IMG/VR virus record: IMGVR_UViG_3300045002_000015
Coordinates: 8,781-72,780 of that record
Origin: a virus
Lineage: Duplodnaviria; Caudoviricetes
Length of the DNA stretch: 64,000 bases
Strand: one strand, 5' to 3'
In this document: in pieces, positions 46,664 through 55,523 of the stretch
How the letters are laid out: each line of letters starts with the position of its first letter
How positions within the stretch are numbered: position 1 is the stretch's first letter
Position numbers and translations under genes: made by a program
Notes under the pieces: generated by a model
The model's database searches: none
The model's input: the letters and a program-made list of their open reading frames with translations, nothing else
What the model was told of the DNA's origin: nothing

Positions 46664-47506
46664 ATGACAACCCGCACCTGGGTCGGCGGCAGCGCCGGCA
46701 ACGACGGCATGAACGCGGCCAACTGGTCGCCCGCCGGCGCCCCGCAGCACGGCGATACCCTGAACATGGTCACCGGCACGCTGGCGCTGAAAGGCAGCAA
46801 CCTGGCCGGCGATCCTTTGCACCTCACGACCGACGTCGGCACCGGCCCGATCACCCTCGATCTCAATGGCGACCGCGCGGCGCTGGAAGCCACCGGCTCG
46901 GCGAATTTCGGCGATGAACTGACCATCAACGTCGCCGGCCACGACAGCCTCAAGGCAGACGATCTCGCGCCGATCAACGGCGTGGTGAATATCGCCGCCA
47001 ATTCGGTGCTGACCACCACCGGCGATATGCATTTCATCTATACCGGCGCGATCAATGGCCCCGGTACGCTGACCAACAATGGCACGATCGCCATGGCGGA
47101 CGGCTCGATCTCGGCCAACGTCAATGGCCGTGGCACGCTCAACCTGCACCGCTACCATGACGGCACCGGCGGTGTGACCATCAGCGGCGGTATCTCCTCA
47201 GGCCAGACCGTGCAGCTTCAGCAGGACGCCACGTTCGACACGCTGACCACACTGGTGCATCCGGGCACCTTCCATGGCGCGCTCGATATCCTGCCGCCGG
47301 CCGGCGCGTTCTCGCAGGCCGACTCCCGCGTCATGCTCGACGGCGTGCATGCGACGGCGGCGCAGCAGCATGGCGACAGCCTCGTGCTGCTCGGCGCCGG
47401 GCGCCCGGTCTATGCGCTGACCGTGCATAACCCGGGCGCCGTGAGCCTCAGCGATACCAGCGCCGGAACCATGGTGACCTTCAGCGCGCACGGTACCATG
47501 GCCTAG
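46664..47506 (+). CDS. Adhesin/passenger-like beta-rich protein
   Basis: TWVGG..AANWSPAGAP..GD N-terminus; Gly/Thr/Asn-rich beta repeats. Confidence 0.6.
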   Translation: MTTRTWVGGSAGNDGMNAANWSPAGAPQHGDTLNMVTGTLALKGSNLAGDPLHLTTDVGTGPITLDLNGDRAALEATGSANFGDELTINVAGHDSLKADDLAPINGVVNIAANSVLTTTGDMHFIYTGAINGPGTLTNNGTIAMADGSISANVNGRGTLNLHRYHDGTGGVTISGGISSGQTVQLQQDATFDTLTTLVHPGTFHGALDILPPAGAFSQADSRVMLDGVHATAAQQHGDSLVLLGAGRPVYALTVHNPGAVSLSDTSAGTMVTFSAHGTMA

Positions 47507-47751
47507 CGTTCCTGCGGCGGCCCTTTGCGTGTGACGACGATCTCGATCTCGGAATTCGTAAAGGCCGCCCACGGTATCCAGATCGGCAGATGCCGATCGG
47601 CGAATGCCTGCACGGCCATATGCAGCAACAGCCGGTTCAGGAATTGGTAGGTGGCAATCTGCCGACGCAGCCGCCGAAGCTGATAAAGATTTACGCCGAT
47701 CGCCGCAAAGGCGAAGAGAATACCGGCCCATTGGAGGATCGCGAACCACAT
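47503..47751 (-). CDS. Small membrane protein
   Basis: N-terminal TM. Confidence 0.45.
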   Translation of the reverse strand: MWFAILQWAGILFAFAAIGVNLYQLRRLRRQIATYQFLNRLLLHMAVQAFADRHLPIWIPWAAFTNSEIEIVVTRKGPPQER

Positions 47752-47760
47752 TGGCCGGTT

Positions 47761-47985
47761 CTACCGCCAGCCAGGGTCGCCGATGTAGCGTTTTTCGAAC
47801 GCGATGCGGTCGCCGTCGACCACGGCATGGTAGTAAGCCGCCCCGGCCGCCACCACGACCTCGCGGACCCGCCCCGGCAACACATGCGGGCGGACCCGCC
47901 GGTACAGCCGCCGCTTATCGTCATGCACGACCCAGCCATTGCCCTTGGGCAGCGGATGCACCGCAACGACTGCGGCGCGTCTCAC
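47761..47985 (-). CDS. Hypothetical protein
   Basis: Overlaps relaxase stop. Confidence 0.45.
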   Translation of the reverse strand: MRRAAVVAVHPLPKGNGWVVHDDKRRLYRRVRPHVLPGRVREVVVAAGAAYYHAVVDGDRIAFEKRYIGDPGWR

Positions 47986-50900
47986 CGCCCGATCCCCCGC
48001 GACCGGTCCGCCCGCCGCTGCCGCCGGCTCGGCGCGGCGGCGCGCGGCGTGCGCTCCGGCGCGCGATCGCGCTCAATCGCCGCGGTCACCGCAGCGGTCG
48101 CCTGCCGGCGGACCACTTCGTGATCCACCGTGCGGCCTTCGGCATCCGCGCGCTCGATCCGGCTCCTGAACTCGAGTTCGATCACATCCGCCAGCATACC
48201 ATCGTAGCCCTTCCCATCCGCGATCTGGCGCGCCCAGGCCGCCGCCTGCGGATCAAGTTGCGGCGCCGACTCCCGCGTCATCGGCCGCTCCGCCGCGGCG
48301 TGGTCGTGGCGCTCGATCGCCGCCACCACCGCATCCGTCGCCCGTTCCCAGAGCGCATCGTGATCCGCTGTGCGGCCCGCCGCCCGCTCGGCTTCCAGCC
48401 GGCTGCGGAATTCGAGCTGCACCACATCGGCGAACATGCCTTCGTAGCCTTTGCCTTCGGCGATCTGGCGCGTCCACACCGCCACGCGAGGATCGATACG
48501 CGGCGCCTCCGGGCCGTCCCTAGCGGCCTCTGGAACAGCCGGGGTATGGGAAGGCGCCCCATGCCCACGCGGCCGCTGTGGCGCCCCTGGCGCCCGCGCG
48601 GCGCGGTCCCAGATCGCGCGCTTGGCCGCCACCGTCCCGCGCTTGACCACTTCGGCCATCCGCGTGAAGTCGGTCGCAAGCTGCTTCAGTTCCTGCCGCG
48701 CCAGATTGCGCGCCATATTGGTCACGATGAATTCCTGCACCGCCGCCCGCCGGGTGATCTGGTTGCGGGGATCGCCGATCGGCCGGCGCTCCTTGATCTC
48801 CTCGAGTTCCGCCCCCTGGCTGGTGATGATCCAGAACCGCCGCCGATGCCGCGATGCCGCAACATAGCCTTTCAGCCCGTTGACCGTCCGCGAGCCGTGC
48901 GGGTAGAGCGCCAGCGCCTCGGTCACGGTGTCGCCCTGGCGGCTGTCAATGGTCATGGCGTCGCCATAGGTCAACCTGATCCGCTCGCCGGTCTCGGGAA
49001 ACCTGAACTGGTCCCACGGCACCGAGGCAACCCGCCCCTTGGCCGTCCGCACCGTCAATCCATCGTCTCGGATCGCCGCCACCTCCACCACGCTGCCATT
49101 GTCGCCGATCCGGCCGATATTGCCCCGCCCGAACCTGCCATAGCCGCGGTTGAACAGTCGCACCCGGTCACCCACCGCGATCGGCAGCCGGTATTCGGTG
49201 CCATGCTGATCAACGGCATCGAGGACCTTGGCATCGCCGCCGATCTCGCCCCGCGACTGGCGGCGCTCCCGGATCGCCGCACCGATCGCCAGCACATCGG
49301 CGTTCGTCGGCACGCTGATCCCGAACCGGTAGCCCGGCTCGGCGGCATGCGCGCGCGTCCGCTCGTCCCAAAGCTCGACGGCGCGCTGGATCGCATCCCT
49401 ATGGTCGCCCGGCACCAGCAGAAGCGTCCCGTCAGCCGCCTTGTGCCGCAGCGCCTCAGCGATCGTCGCCTCGTCACCGGAGTGGAACTTGGCGACAAGC
49501 TCTGCCTCCTCGCGCCGCTGCCGGACGGTCTGCAACAGCGTCGGCAGCTTGCCGAGCACCACTTCGGCCAGCCGCAGTGAATTGCCCGCCTGAATCGGAT
49601 TGCCCTGAAGTTCATGGCCGATACCCACCAGCTTGAAGCCATGCGCATCGCGCAGCTTGGCCAGATCATTCATCATGGCTGTGCCGACCTGGGATAGCTC
49701 GTCGGCGATGACCACGGTGTTCTCGCCCACCGCGATCCTGCCGCGCGCGACGCCATAGGTGAACGCGGCAATCGCCTGCGAACGCTTGACGCCCGAGTCC
49801 TTGCCGGCATGCGCCTGCCGCCAGGGCACTGTCAGGTAAACGGTATCAAGCCCGCGCGCGTGCCACGCTTCCACAAGTGGGGTCAACACGGTCGTCTTGC
49901 CTACTCCAGCAGCGCCACGGCCGACCACGACGCCGCCCGCCTCGCCCAGCGCATGCGCCAGCCCGGCCTGCTCCGCCGTCAGCCTGATACCACTTTCGCG
50001 CGCGACTTTCTCGATCGCCTCGTCGATCTCCCGCGGTGTCAGCGCATGGCGCCTGTCGGTCGCGCCCTTTTTCAGCAAGGCCACGGTCTCCTGCTCCATC
50101 CGCAGGTGCTTTTCCGTGGTGAACCGCTGCCACAGGCTTTCGCCGTCGCGGCCCTCGCCGGGCGGCGCCGGCACCTTGCCCCACAACAGCGCAGTCCGCT
50201 CGCCATCCTGGGCAACGCCTTCGGTGCGGTACGCCTTGGTGAGCGCGGCAATATCGCGCCCCGGATCGTCGCTGATCCCGGCCTCGATCAGCCCTTCCGC
50301 AGCCGCGATGCGTGCCACCTCACCGCCGAAGACCGCGCGCCGGTCCAGTTCCGCCGCGAGTTGCGGCAGTGACCGCTCGAACGCCGCCCGCAAGCGCTCG
50401 CGCTGCCGCGCCAAGAACCGCTCCCGGCCGGGCCGTAGCACGCTGCGGTGGCGGTAACCCGCCGCCTCGGCCTGCCGGTTCCAGGCGTCGAATTGCGGCT
50501 GTTTGTCTTCCGAATGCTTCTCACGGGCGGCCGCAACAGACCGGTCAACCAGCCTGACCCGCTCCTCGACCGACAGCGTGTCCCAATCCAATCCTTGCTC
50601 GCGGGCAAAACCACGTGCCGCCTCATTGCCGTCCACCGTGCGCTTGCTGAACAACTCGACCGCCCAGCGCGGGATATCGCGCACCGCCGCCATCCGGGTC
50701 CGGTCCTCAAGGCCCGCATCAACGCCGTGCTCGCGCAGCCGACGCGCGAGAAACCCTTGATAAACCTTGCCGATCTCCTTGATCTGGCCATTCAGCCGCT
50801 TGCTGTCGATCGCGCCGACATGCCCGCTCTCGGTCATGACCACGTTCGGCGTGATGCAGTGCGTGTGCAGGTGCATATCGCCGATCTGGCCCACCGCCTT

Positions 50901-51470
50901 CAGGATCGTGTTGTCCCGGTCGGCGATCTTGGCGACTGGACGGGCGGTATATTCCTCGAACTTCCACCACATCATGTGGCCTTGTTCGGCGCCTTTGCTG
51001 CCGCCGCGCCCGCGCCGCGCCCAGCCCGTGGTTTGTTCGAGGTAGGCCATGCTGCGGTCGACGGCGTAGCGGTGCGCTTCGAGGAAAATCCCCCGCTCGC
51101 GCTCGGTGGGCGCAAACGCCCAGGCGATCGAGACCGACTTCGGCGCATTCAGCGTGAAATCGTAATAAGTGATCTTCCCCTTCGCTTCGCTCGCCCGCTG
51201 GTATTGCTTGCCCTCGATGCGATCGCCATCGGCGCGCAGACCGCGCACCACGTTGGCCAACTCGCCCTGGGTAATTGGCCGCGCGGTATCGACGCCGAGC
51301 CGTTCGGCCAGCGGTGCGTACGCCCCGTCGCGCGCCGTCCCTTGCACGGCCTTGCCGTAATAACCGGCCACCAGGTCGGCGACGGATGGCTCCTGCATGG
51401 CGACATAATATTTCGCGATCTCGCCAGCGGCGAAGCTCGTCGTGGCGACGCCATCGCGGAAGGTCAGCAC
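47982..51470 (-). CDS. MobF (TrwC-like) relaxase-helicase
   Basis: Start reassigned to GTG at 51470 (MLTFR, GAGG RBS); KYY/GYY, YDFTLNAPKSVSI, DMHLHTH, FSKRT; helicase GAAGVGKT, DE, QTVRQR, YGDAMTIDSRQG. Confidence 0.93.
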   Translation of the reverse strand: MLTFRDGVATTSFAAGEIAKYYVAMQEPSVADLVAGYYGKAVQGTARDGAYAPLAERLGVDTARPITQGELANVVRGLRADGDRIEGKQYQRASEAKGKITYYDFTLNAPKSVSIAWAFAPTERERGIFLEAHRYAVDRSMAYLEQTTGWARRGRGGSKGAEQGHMMWWKFEEYTARPVAKIADRDNTILKAVGQIGDMHLHTHCITPNVVMTESGHVGAIDSKRLNGQIKEIGKVYQGFLARRLREHGVDAGLEDRTRMAAVRDIPRWAVELFSKRTVDGNEAARGFAREQGLDWDTLSVEERVRLVDRSVAAAREKHSEDKQPQFDAWNRQAEAAGYRHRSVLRPGRERFLARQRERLRAAFERSLPQLAAELDRRAVFGGEVARIAAAEGLIEAGISDDPGRDIAALTKAYRTEGVAQDGERTALLWGKVPAPPGEGRDGESLWQRFTTEKHLRMEQETVALLKKGATDRRHALTPREIDEAIEKVARESGIRLTAEQAGLAHALGEAGGVVVGRGAAGVGKTTVLTPLVEAWHARGLDTVYLTVPWRQAHAGKDSGVKRSQAIAAFTYGVARGRIAVGENTVVIADELSQVGTAMMNDLAKLRDAHGFKLVGIGHELQGNPIQAGNSLRLAEVVLGKLPTLLQTVRQRREEAELVAKFHSGDEATIAEALRHKAADGTLLLVPGDHRDAIQRAVELWDERTRAHAAEPGYRFGISVPTNADVLAIGAAIRERRQSRGEIGGDAKVLDAVDQHGTEYRLPIAVGDRVRLFNRGYGRFGRGNIGRIGDNGSVVEVAAIRDDGLTVRTAKGRVASVPWDQFRFPETGERIRLTYGDAMTIDSRQGDTVTEALALYPHGSRTVNGLKGYVAASRHRRRFWIITSQGAELEEIKERRPIGDPRNQITRRAAVQEFIVTNMARNLARQELKQLATDFTRMAEVVKRGTVAAKRAIWDRAARAPGAPQRPRGHGAPSHTPAVPEAARDGPEAPRIDPRVAVWTRQIAEGKGYEGMFADVVQLEFRSRLEAERAAGRTADHDALWERATDAVVAAIERHDHAAAERPMTRESAPQLDPQAAAWARQIADGKGYDGMLADVIELEFRSRIERADAEGRTVDHEVVRRQATAAVTAAIERDRAPERTPRAAAPSRRQRRADRSRGIGR

Positions 51471-51544
51471 CGCTGCGCCTCGATGCCGGCCTCGGCGGGG
51501 TCCATTTCCGTACCCTAAAGCCCAGCGCGCGGCTTTTGCAACAG

Positions 51545-51568
51545 GCACCGTATGGTGCAATGGTCTGA
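51545..51568 (+). other. Putative oriT nic region
   Basis: GCACC-GTAT-GGTGC hairpin followed by AATGGTCT; resembles R388 GCACCGAAAGGTGCGTATTGTCT nic; lies between relaxase and divergent triplet. Confidence 0.7.
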
Positions 51569-51678
51569 TTTTGTGACCGCCGCCTGGAACCGGCAAAATA
51601 TCCGGGTTCACGGCACGCGGTGCGCAACCGAAGAACGCGGCTTGTGCAACCACGATTGCGTCTGATAGGATGTAACCA

Positions 51679-52101
51679 ATGGCGATAACCGACGCACTGG
51701 ACCGGGCTTTGGCCCGGGCGCGGCGACGAGGCCGGGGACAGCGGGCGCGCTCGCCGCTGTTTCTGGCGATGATCGAGCGTGCGGCTCAGGTGACCGAGGC
51801 GCGGAAGGACGTGACCTGGCGCGGCCTGGCGGAGGAGCTGGCCGCCGAAGGGATCACCGGCCCGGGCGGGCGGGTGTACTCAGGCGCGGCCGTGAAGGGG
51901 GCGTTCTACCGCGCGCGGCAGGCGTTGGCTGCTGCGGGCGGGACGGTGGTGTTCGGCGCGGCGCCGAAGATTCGCAGGAAGCCAAGCCGCAAGGGGCGGG
52001 TCCGTGCGCGATCGGCGCCCGCTCTGCCGCAGGCCGATCAACCGGCGGCGATCGAGGAGAAGCCGCGGGTCCGCGACTGGCGCGATCTGATGCAGGAGTG
52101 A
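51679..52101 (+). CDS. Putative oriT/stability DNA-binding protein (TraK/StbA position)
   Basis: VTWRGLAEELAAEGITG..YSGAAVKGAFYRAR HTH-like. Confidence 0.55.
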   Translation: MAITDALDRALARARRRGRGQRARSPLFLAMIERAAQVTEARKDVTWRGLAEELAAEGITGPGGRVYSGAAVKGAFYRARQALAAAGGTVVFGAAPKIRRKPSRKGRVRARSAPALPQADQPAAIEEKPRVRDWRDLMQE

Positions 52102-52116
52102 GGGGAGGAAGGGGAT

Positions 52117-52893
52117 TTGGACACACAGGTGACTGGCGCGCCGGTGGAGACGCGCCCGGTGCTGTTGGCCGCGTCCGGCCGTGGCCGGGTCGGCAAGACC
52201 GAGATGCTGGCCGTGGTGGCGCAACTCCTGGCCGAGGACGCGGGGTTCGAGGTCGAGGTCTGGGACTGCGACCCGGCGCGCGAGGTCGGCTCGCTGAGCG
52301 GACGCTTCAAGGGCGCCAAGCGCCCGCGCTCGGGCGACCTGGAGGATCGGCGGATTTTCCTGGAGGAGCACGGTCGCCGGTTGATGGAGGCGGCCGTGGA
52401 CGGGCGCCCGTTCCATGCCGTGCTGGATGTGGGCGGTGAGGACCTGCTGTTGCCGCTGATGGATGCCGAGGTGGGCTTCGGCGAGTTCCTGTCGCGCGCC
52501 GGGGTATCATTCGTGGTCGCGCATGTGGTCGGCACCGACGATGCCGATCTGGACTACCTGCGCCGGGTCGAGAAGCTGGGCCTGATCCGCGCGACGCGCG
52601 GGGCGATCGTGCGGAACGAGGGGATGCTGCGGACGACGGAGCGGCGCGACGCGGCCTTCCAGCGGGTCAATGACGATCCGGTGGTGCGGGCGTTCACCAG
52701 CAAGGCGCGTGGCGGGCGGTTGCTGTCGATGCCGGCACTGGCGCCGGACGTGATGCAGGACGTCAAGGCGTCGGGCCAGACGTTCCGCGAGTATGCCACC
52801 GATCCCAAACGGTGCTGGGACTTCCGCGCGGTCCGGGTGGCGCACTGGCTGGCCGGCTGCGAGGAGATGCGCCGGGCGATGCTGGGGCCATGA
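52117..52893 (+). CDS. ParA/MinD-like P-loop ATPase (TraL/StbB position)
   Basis: SGRGRVGKT, WDCDP, VLDVGG. Confidence 0.75.
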   Translation: MDTQVTGAPVETRPVLLAASGRGRVGKTEMLAVVAQLLAEDAGFEVEVWDCDPAREVGSLSGRFKGAKRPRSGDLEDRRIFLEEHGRRLMEAAVDGRPFHAVLDVGGEDLLLPLMDAEVGFGEFLSRAGVSFVVAHVVGTDDADLDYLRRVEKLGLIRATRGAIVRNEGMLRTTERRDAAFQRVNDDPVVRAFTSKARGGRLLSMPALAPDVMQDVKASGQTFREYATDPKRCWDFRAVRVAHWLAGCEEMRRAMLGP

Positions 52894-53312
52894 CGGAGAA
52901 GGTCGTCCGCCTGGCTCCGCCACCGACGGGTGCCGAGGACCGGGCGCGGAGCGTATTGGCGGAGTGTGGCCTGCGGCCCGGTGATCCGCCATTCGAGGCG
53001 TATATGGCGACGGCGCGGTCGATTGATGCGGCGGCGCGGCTGGGGGATCGCATCGAGGCGCTTGCGGCGCGGCTGGAGAAGGCGGGTACGCCGTTTGATC
53101 CGCGCGCCTATGAGATCATGCGGGCGACGCTGCGCCGCGCCGTGGGGGCCTTGGGCTGGCGCCGTGTGGCGGCTGCGTTTGCGGTGGGTCTGGTTGCTGG
53201 CGGGATCAGCGCCGGCATGGCGGTTTATTGGTGGCGTGATGTGCAATTGTGGCGGCATTGCCAGAGCGTGTATGCACTGTCGGCCTGCGCCGAGATTGCC
53301 GGCCGGCTTTGA
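52890..53312 (+). CDS. Membrane-anchored protein (TraM/StbC position)
   Basis: C-terminal TM; ATGA overlap. Confidence 0.55.
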   Translation: MTEKVVRLAPPPTGAEDRARSVLAECGLRPGDPPFEAYMATARSIDAAARLGDRIEALAARLEKAGTPFDPRAYEIMRATLRRAVGALGWRRVAAAFAVGLVAGGISAGMAVYWWRDVQLWRHCQSVYALSACAEIAGRL

Positions 53313-53336
53313 CCTTGACGTTCCGAGGAGGAGTAG

Positions 53337-53501
53337 ATGACGGTTAATATTCCAGACGATCTCAGGAGTGCCGTGCATTTAGACGAGCCTGTCCCAGGCG
53401 GCACTGCATGGATCAGAAAATACCAGGACGGGAAGGCAAGCGAGCCAACGCCTCCTTTCATTACGGTTGCAATCCTCGCGAATACGTCCATCGCAAGATA
53501 G
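53337..53501 (+). CDS. Small hypothetical protein (54 aa)
   Basis: GAGGAGGAG RBS; below ORF-track cutoff. Confidence 0.45.
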   Translation: MTVNIPDDLRSAVHLDEPVPGGTAWIRKYQDGKASEPTPPFITVAILANTSIAR

Positions 53502-53558
53502 CACGATGTAGAGCCTCCGCCGCGTCTATTGTCGAGCTGACTACAACCAGCCACTCGG

Positions 53559-53792
53559 TCACGGTCCATTTGGAGGTGACGGCAGAGCCATCCAATGTGT
53601 TAGTTTCCAGTCGCAGTCTGAAAGACCTCCATGCTCGCTATTTCCTGACCATGCCGGCCCCGTTCCCTCCACCCAACAGAAGCGGCCGTTGAAGAACCCC
53701 ACGGTTGCCACGCACTCTCCATCGGTGGCTATAAGGACCGATCCATCTTTCGGGGCCGTCCCGATTGGCTGCCACCGGGGTTCGTCTGTCAT
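53559..53792 (-). CDS. DUF551-like phage protein
   Basis: WQPIGTAPKDG..THWMALPSPP. Confidence 0.8.
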   Translation of the reverse strand: MTDEPRWQPIGTAPKDGSVLIATDGECVATVGFFNGRFCWVEGTGPAWSGNSEHGGLSDCDWKLTHWMALPSPPNGP

Positions 53793-53902
53793 AGACCATT
53801 CTCCCAACTCAAGCCTTCTCCTCGCTCCAACGCTTCGCGCGCCCTTGTGGCGAACCAGGTCCGGTCAGGGTTGTCATTGTCATTGGTGGTTTTGTCGCTC
53901 AT
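53789..53902 (-). CDS. Cassette micro-ORF MSDKTT-NDNDNPDR (37 aa)
   Basis: Manual translation; overlaps both neighbours. Confidence 0.5.
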   Translation of the reverse strand: MSDKTTNDNDNPDRTWFATRAREALERGEGLSWENGL

Positions 53903-54084
53903 AGCGGCAGTCTCCGTCCATACAGCGCGCGCAAGAATTGGGACGCTGTCCTGCGCACCATTGCGTTGTCGTCCGCATCCTTGGGCTGGCCCATGATGCG
54001 CAGCAGCTCACGAACATAGCATTCGGCATGCCTCAATAACTCATCGTGGCCTGCAATAGCGGTCGTCTGGTTCTGATCAGCCAT
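53899..54084 (-). CDS. Cassette ORF MADQNQTT-AIAGH (cassette A, intact copy)
   Basis: Second copy at 57398-57572. Confidence 0.65.
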   Translation of the reverse strand: MADQNQTTAIAGHDELLRHAECYVRELLRIMGQPKDADDNAMVRRTASQFLRALYGRRLPL

Positions 54085-54298
54085 GATTTACCACTCCACA
54101 GTATCCTGCTTCCGGCCCGCGCCCCATACCGTCCATCGGCGTCCATGAAGGCAAGCACCGGGAGCACACCCAACCTTCTTCTGTTCCGTGCTCGCCGTAT
54201 TTGAACCAGCCGTAGGGGCCGCGCCCCAACCATCGACCACAAGCACAACGCGGGCGCATGATCGCCTCCCACCTGCGGGTCGTATTCCCCTTGCTCAT
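54077..54298 (-). CDS. Cassette ORF MSKGNTT-, Cys-rich
   Basis: CACG and CSRC pairs. Confidence 0.6.
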   Translation of the reverse strand: MSKGNTTRRWEAIMRPRCACGRWLGRGPYGWFKYGEHGTEEGWVCSRCLPSWTPMDGMGRGPEAGYCGVVNHG

Positions 54299-54606
54299 TG
54301 CCGACCTTCCACATGCGCTAAGAGGTCGCGTGCTTCTTGCATCAGTCGGGCCTCGTTTGCAGCGTGCCGCTCCTGGTGCCACGCGCCGCCAGGAAGTGCC
54401 ACGAAGCGCTTGACAAGGGAAAGTAGCTCCGGCGCAGCAGCAATCAGACGTGCAGTTCCAAGGTTGCCATCTGAGGCCATAAACGCGACGCGGTTGTCAG
54501 TCCCTGCGACGCAGACTTCGCTGGGGCTCCCGAGCTTGTCTCCCTGAAGCCATACGACTTCCCAGGGGCCGGGCAATGGGGTCGTTTGGGATTTACCGTC
54601 AGTCAC
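54295..54606 (-). CDS. Cassette ORF MTDGKSQTT-PLPGPW, phage hypothetical
   Basis: PGPW..ARLIAAAPELL motif typical of small phage proteins. Confidence 0.75.
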   Translation of the reverse strand: MTDGKSQTTPLPGPWEVVWLQGDKLGSPSEVCVAGTDNRVAFMASDGNLGTARLIAAAPELLSLVKRFVALPGGAWHQERHAANEARLMQEARDLLAHVEGRQ

Positions 54607-54802
54607 GTTTGCAGGCCTCCACCATTGAGGGAGCCATCACTACGTTGCGCATACGCTCGGCGATGCGCGCTGCTTCCTTGCTGCGCTCACGGGCTGGCAG
54701 ATACGCGATACCATCAACCGTGTGAGCCATGCGCACGACCCACGCACGGAGTGCAACTAGTTCTGACACCGCGTCTGGGGTCGTTTGGTTATAGTCAGCC
54801 AT
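54599..54802 (-). CDS. Cassette ORF MADYNQTT-
   Basis: Overlap-coupled ORF. Confidence 0.6.
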   Translation of the reverse strand: MADYNQTTPDAVSELVALRAWVVRMAHTVDGIAYLPARERSKEAARIAERMRNVVMAPSMVEACKRD

Positions 54803-54983
54803 GATCTACAATCCTCAACGAGCGTCGTAGGGCGCCGTCCATGACGCGCGAAAATCGAAGGTAATTCGGACACATCTCGGCACTGGTGCCCACGTAGCCT
54901 TGCAAGCAATCGGCGCGTTGTTCCATGCCACAGCCAGGGCATGGACTGGTCGTCTTGTCGTGCGGTTTCTGATGGTCACTCAT
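54795..54983 (-). CDS. Cassette ORF MSDHQKPHDKTT-, Cys-rich
   Basis: CPGC..C..C. Confidence 0.6.
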   Translation of the reverse strand: MSDHQKPHDKTTSPCPGCGMEQRADCLQGYVGTSAEMCPNYLRFSRVMDGALRRSLRIVDHG

Positions 54984-55284
54984 CAGCGAACATCCTGTAG
55001 CCGTTTGTGGGATGGCCGGCAGTGAACATGTCAGCAGACCGTTGAATGAAGGAGCGAGCTTCGTCCTCCGTCATCCACCCGGCATCGAAAGGCCCAGTGC
55101 CGAAGTCCTCTTCATAGGACCACTCAGGAGCGGCCACGATATCGTCGCCGCCGATATTCATGCGCCAGCTATCGTAGCGCGCCCGAAAGTAGAATGGTTT
55201 GCCATTTATGGTGCCCTCAGCCTGCACTGGGCAATTGCCACCTAACATCTGGATCACGACCTCGGCTGTCGTATCGTTAGTCAT
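54976..55284 (-). CDS. Cassette ORF MTNDTT-, hypothetical
   Basis: GGNCPVQAEGTINGKPFYFRARYDSW. Confidence 0.7.
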   Translation of the reverse strand: MTNDTTAEVVIQMLGGNCPVQAEGTINGKPFYFRARYDSWRMNIGGDDIVAAPEWSYEEDFGTGPFDAGWMTEDEARSFIQRSADMFTAGHPTNGYRMFADE

Positions 55285-55523
55285 CGGCTGATCTCCAATC
55301 GGGCCTGTCCAAAGCCGCAGCACTCGCACTGCCAGTAGAGCCATGCATCTGTCGGATCAGTAACTTCACACGTAGGGTGGGCCTCGATGCACGCGCCTTC
55401 CTCGAACCAGTCGAAGTAAATTGTTGAGACGCCACGATGCGCGCCGCTGATCTCGACCACGGAGCCGCGCACCGTCTGATAGCGCGCGGTCGTTTGGGAC
55501 GCGAGCTTCTGATCTGCACTCAT
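55281..55523 (-). CDS. Cassette ORF MSADQKLASQTT-
   Basis: Overlap-coupled; CECC near C-terminus. Confidence 0.6.
   Translation of the reverse strand: MSADQKLASQTTARYQTVRGSVVEISGAHRGVSTIYFDWFEEGACIEAHPTCEVTDPTDAWLYWQCECCGFGQARLEISR

Larger units (their letters stand above)
29119..53312. mobile_element. Conjugative transfer region (VirB/D4 T4SS, MobF relaxase, oriT, accessory triplet)
   Basis: virB1-B11 and virD4 in canonical order; MobF relaxase; R388-like nic. Confidence 0.9.

Noticed and set aside
26862-49580. Long antisense ORFs (26862-28322, 31046-32965, 33762-35318, 39626-41134, 47604-49580; also 2075-3625)
   Set aside because: They lie opposite well-supported genes, are Arg/Gly/Ala-rich, and lack motifs; these are typical high-GC shadow frames.
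51471-51653. N-terminal 60-aa extension of the relaxase given in the ORF track
   Set aside because: It overlaps the oriT hairpin. MobF relaxases start at an MLT/S-type strand close to the catalytic Tyr, and GTG at 51470 has an RBS.
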